A stretch of DNA of 64,000 bases. Source: Antedon mediterranea. Taxonomy: Eukaryota > Animalia > Echinodermata. A model generated the notes under the pieces. That model was not told the DNA's origin. It saw only the letters and a list, made by a program, of their open reading frames with translations, and ran no database searches. The stretch is from the NCBI RefSeq assembly GCF_964355755.1, contig NC_092679.1:19017432-19081431 (forward strand). Direction: 5' to 3'. This document shows positions 56,330-64,000 of the stretch, one piece after another (the stretch's first letter is position 1; each line of letters starts with the position of its first letter). Position numbers and translations under genes: made by a program.

Positions 56330-58423
56330 ATGAGCGATCAAATAACAGAGTTTCTAAAGACGAATTATATCCCCATTACATCAGCTGCAGCTGTCGGTAT
56401 GTTCTATTTTTATTTTATTAAATTTAGAGAGACTAGGACTTATACTTATTTAGTATGTTACGCCTATGTTTTCATTCATGACAAAGAAACTACCAGTTTC
56501 TATATTTCTTAACATACTCTTGCATTTTTTACTTATAAGGGGGCTATAGCTTAAATATGCTTTAAAAACGGTCTAATTGTTCGTTGTCAAACTATGTTAA
56601 AGTTTGCTTTATATAGTACAGATATACATTTTAATAGTCTCTTCCATACAATTACAATACCGTGATATTATTCAATTCATATTCTGTATTGAGATGTGTG
56701 ACAAATCGAATATAAAACCTAAATTTATAAACGTTATAGCCTAGGCCTAGTTAGTAGCCTACTATGCACTTTCCTGAAACTAGAGGTGTTGAGGGACAAA
56801 CTCTCACCCCAAACATGCATTAATTAATTAATTAATTTCTACAAAATACCTTTAGGAATCGGTTTTATGATGCTTAGGAGGTACTCATCTGGTGGGAAAT
56901 GTTACAGTGATGCAACATAAAATGGTTAGGTGGTGATAGTGACAGGAGCGAATACAGGCATAGGCAAGGAGACAGCTTTAGATCTAGCCAGACGAGGTAA
57001 ATGCGTAATAAAGATATATATATACTTTAATATTAAAGTTAGGCCTAAAGCAAAAATTAGTAAAATTGGCTGCCAGCCGAGTTGAATAACCGTTTAGCCT
57101 TTGTTATGAATATGAAAACATTTTTTTGTCTGCAGAAGTGATTAGCCTAACTCTATTAAAATAAAAAATTACCTATAGGCCTAATCACGTAAGTTGAGAG
57201 ACAATACATTTTCAAAGGCAAAAAAGTAAATACACTAGGCCTATCACCCTACATTTAAACTGACCATCAAAGGTGGCATAAAATATTTATACTGGATTAC
57301 ACAATCAGGTAAATGAAAACCTGTTTTGCATTTTGTGTCTCGAATACAAAAAAAATCAAAAAATACTAACCTACATGCTTTGCATTTGCGACGACGGGCG
57401 ACCTAAAAAAGTTATGTTAATTCATTATGGGCATGCGGGTAAATGCTCCCCCACCTCGACATATTTTTGGTTGTTGACACATTGACAATGACATAGCCTA
57501 AACTTGTTCTTCGTCGCAAAATCTGAAATCCTCTACGCCACAAATTGAATAAGTTTAGATAATAAAATGTTCATGGAAACGTAATTTCGAGGGATCTTTA
57601 AACTGTATATTTATTGCGAAACAACTCTACCCTATCGACACTCAACATGGTTATTACTATTTAGTATTATGCACACATTTTATTTTCAGGGTTATTTTAT
57701 TTCTATTCTGATAGTCGCCGAGAAACATCAGATGGCTTCGAACAAGTTTTTGGTAGAAATCACCTTGGACCATTCTTGCTAACAAACCTTTTACTGGACT
57801 TGCTGAAGAAGTCGGCACCAAGCCGAATTGTCAATGTTTCCTCTTCGGGTCACGCTGAGGCTAAAATTAACTTTGATGACATTAATTCTACGGAATCTTT
57901 TGAACCTGTAGCTGCTTATTGCCGAAGTAAACTAGCAAATATTCTCTTTACAAAGGAACTTGCAGAAAGATTAAAAGGTAATTCACATGTTATTATTAGT
58001 CGGATCTTAAGTTCGATTCATCTAGGATGCATTTCATTTTGTCCAAAGATTTAAAGTTTAATTTTACGTTACGGTTGAATTTCGTATGCGCATACACGCA
58101 GCCGGTTCTCTCGGTCTGTATCAGTTTCATAAACGCAAAAAATATGTCATGAAACGCGGAAGATGTCATGAAACAGTTCATAACCAGCAGACCAATACAT
58201 ACATAAAAAGTGCTCATCAAACTTAAATCGTTTTAACTTATTCATTTACAGGAACAGGCGTAACTTGCTACTCGCTTCATCCAGGCTTCATAGCAACAGA
58301 CGTCTTCCGTAGCATGCCACATTGCTCAATGTGATTCTGCTTCTAATCTCCAAGAATTGTAAAGACCACAATACACTGTGCTGTTGAAGAGAGTCTAGCA
58401 AATGAGTCTGGATATTACTACTG
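56330..58423 (+). pseudogene. Retinol dehydrogenase 11/12/13-like SDR pseudogene
   Basis: Exon remnants 56330-56396, 56856-56996 (VVIVTGANTGIGKETA; stops TAA 56918 and TAG 56927), 57690-57977 (NHLG, RIVNVSS, YCRSK), 58252-58423 (SLHPG, then stop/frameshift). The middle NNAG exon(s) were not found. Confidence 0.85.
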
Positions 58424-59115
58424 GTAGGTTGGTTGTTCACACACACACACGTTATAGAAACGTATCCATTGTGATCTTGCAAAATTAGTAAATCTATCCA
58501 AATAAATAAACTTCAAATTTATGTCCATGTTACGTACTATATTCACTACTATTCAAAGGAGGTTGTGTGTGCTACTTCACCGTACAACGTTAAGAGTGAA
58601 GATAGTTTCTGTCCATTCGGTCGTGAGGAACATGCCATGATCAAGGCGCGAGTAAGGCTAACTTAGACAGACGAGGGCCAATCGTCGGGAGAAAATAAAC
58701 ATCCCGCAACGACAACGCCCGACGGTATCGCAAGACGGCTCGTCACGTCGGTTATTAACTCAAACAGCACCGACGAGTCAAGACGTTTCGTCGGGCCTCG
58801 TCGTACGATGCTGTCTCAGGTGGCCGATGGCATCTGCTTATACAAGCGGAATAATAATTTGAGTCTCCTTGGTGTTGTGTTGACTTCTTTGACTCGCATG
58901 TTTTTACGATAGGCCTATACTTCACTTTACATTTAAATACGTTTGCATGTGGTTTCTTTAACGGGAAAAGGCGATGATACGGTGTAATTACGTCACTTTT
59001 CCCTTAATTGTAGTCTACAGTTATGATACGTTATGATAGCACTAAATTGATATTGACGATAAATAAATATAATGAATGTAAATATAAAGAAAATGATCTC
59101 TGCTTTTTCTTTTAG

Positions 59116-59870
59116 TTATACATGTGAAGAGTTCGAATCTTTTTACGATGGTGACAAATTCATAAGCCTTTTCAAAGGCGCTCAGGTATCAGCATCTTAA
59201 ATTTCTACATTAGTCGTTTTTAAATAAAAAATAAAACAGCAGATACAAATTCGCCCCTACAGTGGTTAACAGAAAAACAAGAAGACACAATTACACAATC
59301 TCGAAAACACTAACACTACGATGAAGGTTTAGAATAGAAGATACCAATATAGGGATGGGCCTGAACTAAATTATTATTAAGATAAATTTAATGTTGCATT
59401 CTTTTTACTCATCTCATGCATTTTTGTCTTGGTGAATTTTTATATTCCTCCCCTCTCCCCTTTTATATTCCATCCCCTCTCTACCCAACACGAACACGAG
59501 CTTTACAAAATAATGACAACTGTCAAAAGTACGTTTTTAATCAATTTTCGTCTTTTTATTGTCATTTTGTTACTTATTTTATATATTTAAATAACTTTTT
59601 TTTAAATGTAATATAACGAATGCAAATATGGTTTTAAAAACATCAACATCAATCATTTTATGTATAGACTAAAAAAAACTGACAGAGAAGATCATGCAAA
59701 ATGTATAACATTTAAGATAACATATTTTCCGTAAAACTTATCAATATTATATAATTATTGTATATCTTTATTATTTGTGTCATTGTTTATAGGTAGCCTC
59801 ATGGATGTCGTGCGTTTCCTGGGCCGCCATGGCTATTGTCTTGTTTGTTCAAACAAAATGTTCCAGATAA
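59116..59870 (+). pseudogene. Orphan 3' exons (59116-59185, 59793-59870) of TMEM179-like copy C
   Basis: Near-identical to 51118-51187 and 51794-51871; the duplication starts inside intron 3, so exons 1-3 are absent. Confidence 0.8.
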
Positions 59871-60639
59871 GAAGAAGATTGAATTTAAGGAAATCATTAC
59901 ATACACAGCAGGCTTGGACACATTAAAAAAACAATACGTGCGCTAGTTGGCAATAATAACATGAATAATTTCATCCAAATTTATGTATTATTTTCATAAA
60001 AATATAAATTACATGGTTTCGTTTTTGTTCCAGAGATCACAGGTATTATATCACAATTTAACAATACAATATCAAAAAGGCAGAAATTAGGTTAGACTAT
60101 TGCATAATATAATTTTGTTTTCTCCGTTACAAAAGTCGATCAGCAATTGTTAATCCCATTTTCTAAAAATAACGACCATTTAAAAAATAATGGAGAAATT
60201 GAATGCCATTGATTTTCAGGAAAACCACAACCTATGTTATTATTAAGATTTTTTTAGCAAATGTGTGTTGAAAACCACCGAACCGTTGTTACAATCATTG
60301 TGATGATATAGATCTTGTTGAGTCGCTGATATAAGAATAAATATTTTGGCACACATGGCGTGTCATACGTATAATACTGTTATATTGAGCTCGCGTACTT
60401 GCTAAAATTACGATTGGACAAGTCTAGCTAAACAGAGTTAAGTGGATGTGTTTAAAACTTTCCACAAATCTACCTGTATGTTTAACACATCAAGATTTGA
60501 TTTGATTTGAATTAATATTCAGATATATGTGGTAAACAAAAACTGGTAATTTTTGACATCTTGTTCTTCACAACATTCCGTATTACTGGTTTCGTTTTCC
60601 CGCGATCATCCATTTTCTAGAATAAGTTTCAGAAAAGAT

Positions 60640-63600
60640 ATGTTACGATACGCCACTCTTGTAATTCTAGCGGTCATATTCATCGCAGGACTTTCTGTAA
60701 TTATTATCACAGCAGAAATAAAAGTAAGTAACGTAGGCAACAAAGTTAAGTAGGCCTATGATATCATTTTTTTATTTCTAAGCTAGCAACCACAGGCCTT
60801 ATTTTCATACTGGTATTGGTTCTAAAAAACAGTCTGCTAGGTGAAGGCAATCTTACCTTTATGTAGGTTAGAATTTATTATTTAGCAATCTTTCTTGTTT
60901 GGGTTTCTATTCTAACTTTGTAAAATAGATTTGTAGGCCTATGTTCTGCCTGATCGATGCCATTGTAGGCTACTTCGGCTACTGTATAAACTAACTATAG
61001 GGCCTAAAGGCTATGGGCTTTGCAAATCCTTGTTGTACCAGGGAGATGTCTCCCTGGTTGTAAAGTGCGGTAATAAACTGATGCATGTAAATGAAAGTAA
61101 AACAGATGCTGAGGAATTTCCGGGGGAATTTCCCGCATAGTCAACATACCGGCGGACGTTTTATCATATTACTACTATTTTAATTCGGGTTATTATATAC
61201 CATGGAGGAAAAATCCTCCGTGTATACATATGACAAATTATGAGGCCTAATAACAATTTTTTGGTAGGCATATTATAAAAGAATCGATTAGTTAGGCCTA
61301 ATGTAGCATCGCTCATTTTATTTCACAATGCTTATTCTCCTCTACCGCTTTTTAAAAAAAGAAGAAGCCTGGGGTAGTACATTATCAATGTTGTTTCCTA
61401 GGTTCCTATAGTAAACAATATAACAAACAAGTTAATATTAAAAATTACTATTTTCACCTATATTTTAAGTACGACGGGGAATGTATGGTTTCGGCTGTTG
61501 TTGAGTGGAAGTCATCCAAAGGAAGTTCAGTGAACATTTACGTTCTTAATACTTCATCCGCAAGCTGCTCATTCATTATGGGGTACCATGGCCTAGCTGT
61601 AGCTGTATGTTTTGTCTTTTTTATATATTTCATCTTGTTGCTGAGGAAAGTAATCGTAAACCCACGGTAAATTTATTTTTGTTTACCTTTTCCTGAAGAT
61701 AGTAATATTGAGGTTTGATATGGGTGAGAATTATATCCGTAAAAACAATGTTTTTTTTTAATTGCCGTGCCGTATATCGTCAATTATTAGGTCTTCAATG
61801 AACAACTTGCTATAAATTTGACCAAGGCAATCAAACAACATGACTGCTGTGGAGCTAGCTCTGGAGATCAAAGGGTTTCATCTGTGGCTGCGATACGATC
61901 AGTTCCTCTAACAGACACCGCGCGTCGCAGAGAATAATATGTAGATACCGTAGCATTGGTATGTCGCAGCCAGACAATATCAAAGGACTGTTATGAGTTC
62001 CTATACTTGAGCTCAGTGTCATGTTGTTAGATTGGCTTGCTTCTACCCAGGACCGTATACAGCCCAAAACTTGACCTAGCCAGGATTGGAGTTTCGTACT
62101 TATTTTTATTGTCGAGGCTCAGTAAAGAAAGATAATTGTAGAAGAATTTGCAATTGAATGCGTCACATTGACTGCTATCGTTATATTTTCTGTCTTCAGG
62201 TTTTTGCCGTGGTTTGCAATACTTTGCATTATTGCGGCCGTTTTCTCGCTCATGTGTGTGATCATTCTTCATATTGGTCTCAGTAACTTATGTGACGGAT
62301 TTCTGGAACGATACGAAGGGTAAGTTATTTCTTTGCAAAATTTATTTATTTGCATTTATTTTTTCGTAAACTTCCTCTTTCCAAAGGAGTCCCGATGTTT
62401 ATCACATATCTTAACCTAACAAGTAAAGTGAATACCGTATAATATCAAGTTCTTAAACGAAAATTATTATTTTTTAGTTATACATGTGAGGCGTTTGAAT
62501 CTTCTTACCATTACGATCGCAAAGGTTTCACCGGACTTTTCGAAAGCGCTCAGGTAGTCATATTTTCAAAAATATAAGGGTTGAACCTTTTAATTTGCAA
62601 AAAGTCATATAAGTATTGTTATATACGGTACACAACGCCATTGAACAACAACCAATAGATGCACTATATAATTTTCCACTGATTTAAATAAATTTAAATG
62701 CAACATACGTGTATTGCGTATAATATATGAATGGAAGGAGGTCACAGTAAGTTAATTTAAGTCGTAATCCGCGTATCAGTATAATAATAGAGAGGTTTCG
62801 CAATCTTACGAATACGATAACGAAAACGGATACGTCACCGACACGTATTCGTTTTCGTAAGCCATAAAAAAATCTGTTTCGCATGGCAACGAAATATTGA
62901 GGCGCGTCCAAAATATGACTGCGGTAAATTTGAGCGAAGCGCAGGTACGTGTTGCTTGGCTGCCTATGCCTAGCGTAACATCAAAGCGAGTGAGGACTTT
63001 AAAAACTGCTGTTTATCAAAATTGACCTGGCATTTTAGTAAATTACTTTATAATTACTTTCAATAAATCTATAATTATATTATAATCATGAATCATTCCT
63101 AATTCAAATGCAAAATGTGCAAAATAGATCAAATTTGTAGTTACGAATATGACTGGTGATATTCGTCAACACGAATACGCTTTACGAATATGAAATGGGG
63201 TTCAGCTCAAAAGTTTCACAAATGTATGACGTATCCGTTTTCGTTATCGTATTCGTAAGGTTGCGAAACCTCCCTATTGTTGGACGTTATTTGCATTTTA
63301 TCAAACAAATACTGATTACAAAGAATGGAGAATATAACAGTTGGTTGTACGGCTGATACTGTATGTATTTTAGTATATTTGCCTTTACATTATTGTAACG
63401 ATTAAGCATTCTATACACTTTTCATGTTTATCGATTACGTTACGGTGGCCTACTGTTAAATAGGCCTATCTATCGATCCTATAGCCTACGCACGAACTAA
63501 TGATGATGATCAAATAAAGATCGAAACGTTGAATAATGGCTCACCTCTCGTTATTTGGAGTCAGTTTTATATTACAGTACAAGCTATTTAACAAAGTACC

Positions 63601-63782
63601 GATAATTATTAAAAATATATTTTGTGATTTTTTTAATTTGTATTTTTTTTTTAAATCTCATTTAGATTGCGTCGTGGTTATCGTGTATTTTCTGGGCCGT
63701 AATGGCGTTGATGCTGTTTGCTCAAAGAAAGTCATTCCGGATTAGAAGATCTTTGAGATTTGAAAATTCCATCCAAACATAA
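60640..63782 (+). CDS. TMEM179-like four-TM protein, copy D' (recent duplicate of D)
   Basis: Exons 60640-60723, 61470-61666, 62200-62319, 62478-62553, 63666-63782. The ATG used by copy D reads ATA here (60622); an in-frame ATG lies six codons later; frame otherwise intact. Confidence 0.72.
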
Positions 63783-64000
63783 TAATATTTTATTTGCGTT
63801 TTTATATGCGTTTTGTGTAGCGGGTCCGTTGAAACTGTTAAACTTTGTGTTGATTGTGATTGGGTCGCATTCATTTGTATTCGCTACGTTTAAATCCGGG
63901 TTTATATCACGTGAAATGACGTTTGAGGCAGAGTAACTACTATTAATACGAACTATACGACGTCTTATTATCAGATAATATGATGCCTAAAGTAACATTT

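Larger units (their letters stand above)
58943..64000 (+). repeat. Second unit of recent tandem segmental duplication (copy of ~50940-55999)
   Basis: Near-identical sequence at ~8.0-kb offset including introns and embedded MITEs; runs off the window end. Confidence 0.93.

Overview
AT-rich, intron-containing animal (invertebrate, probably deuterostome) genomic DNA; most short ORFs in the track are spurious. Gene models were built by hand from splice sites and reading phase. (1) Reticulon (+, 6712-21424): long acidic N-terminal exon, 36-nt microexon, candidate alternative short first exon, and the canonical 208/139/70/47/59-nt RHD exons. (2) UNC5C-like protein, TM-ZU5-UPA-death domain, with no ectodomain (-, 24823-27968). 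(3) CoREST/RCOR (+, 31723-39840), head-to-head with it and carrying an extra C4 zinc-finger exon. (4) A cluster of five complete and one partial divergent TMEM179-like four-TM genes (41.7-63.8 kb). (5) A retinol-dehydrogenase-like SDR pseudogene (56330-58423). A recent tandem duplication with ~8-kb offset copies 50940 onward to 58943 onward. Introns and intergenic DNA are full of MITE families, tRNA-derived Deu-type SINEs and minisatellites.
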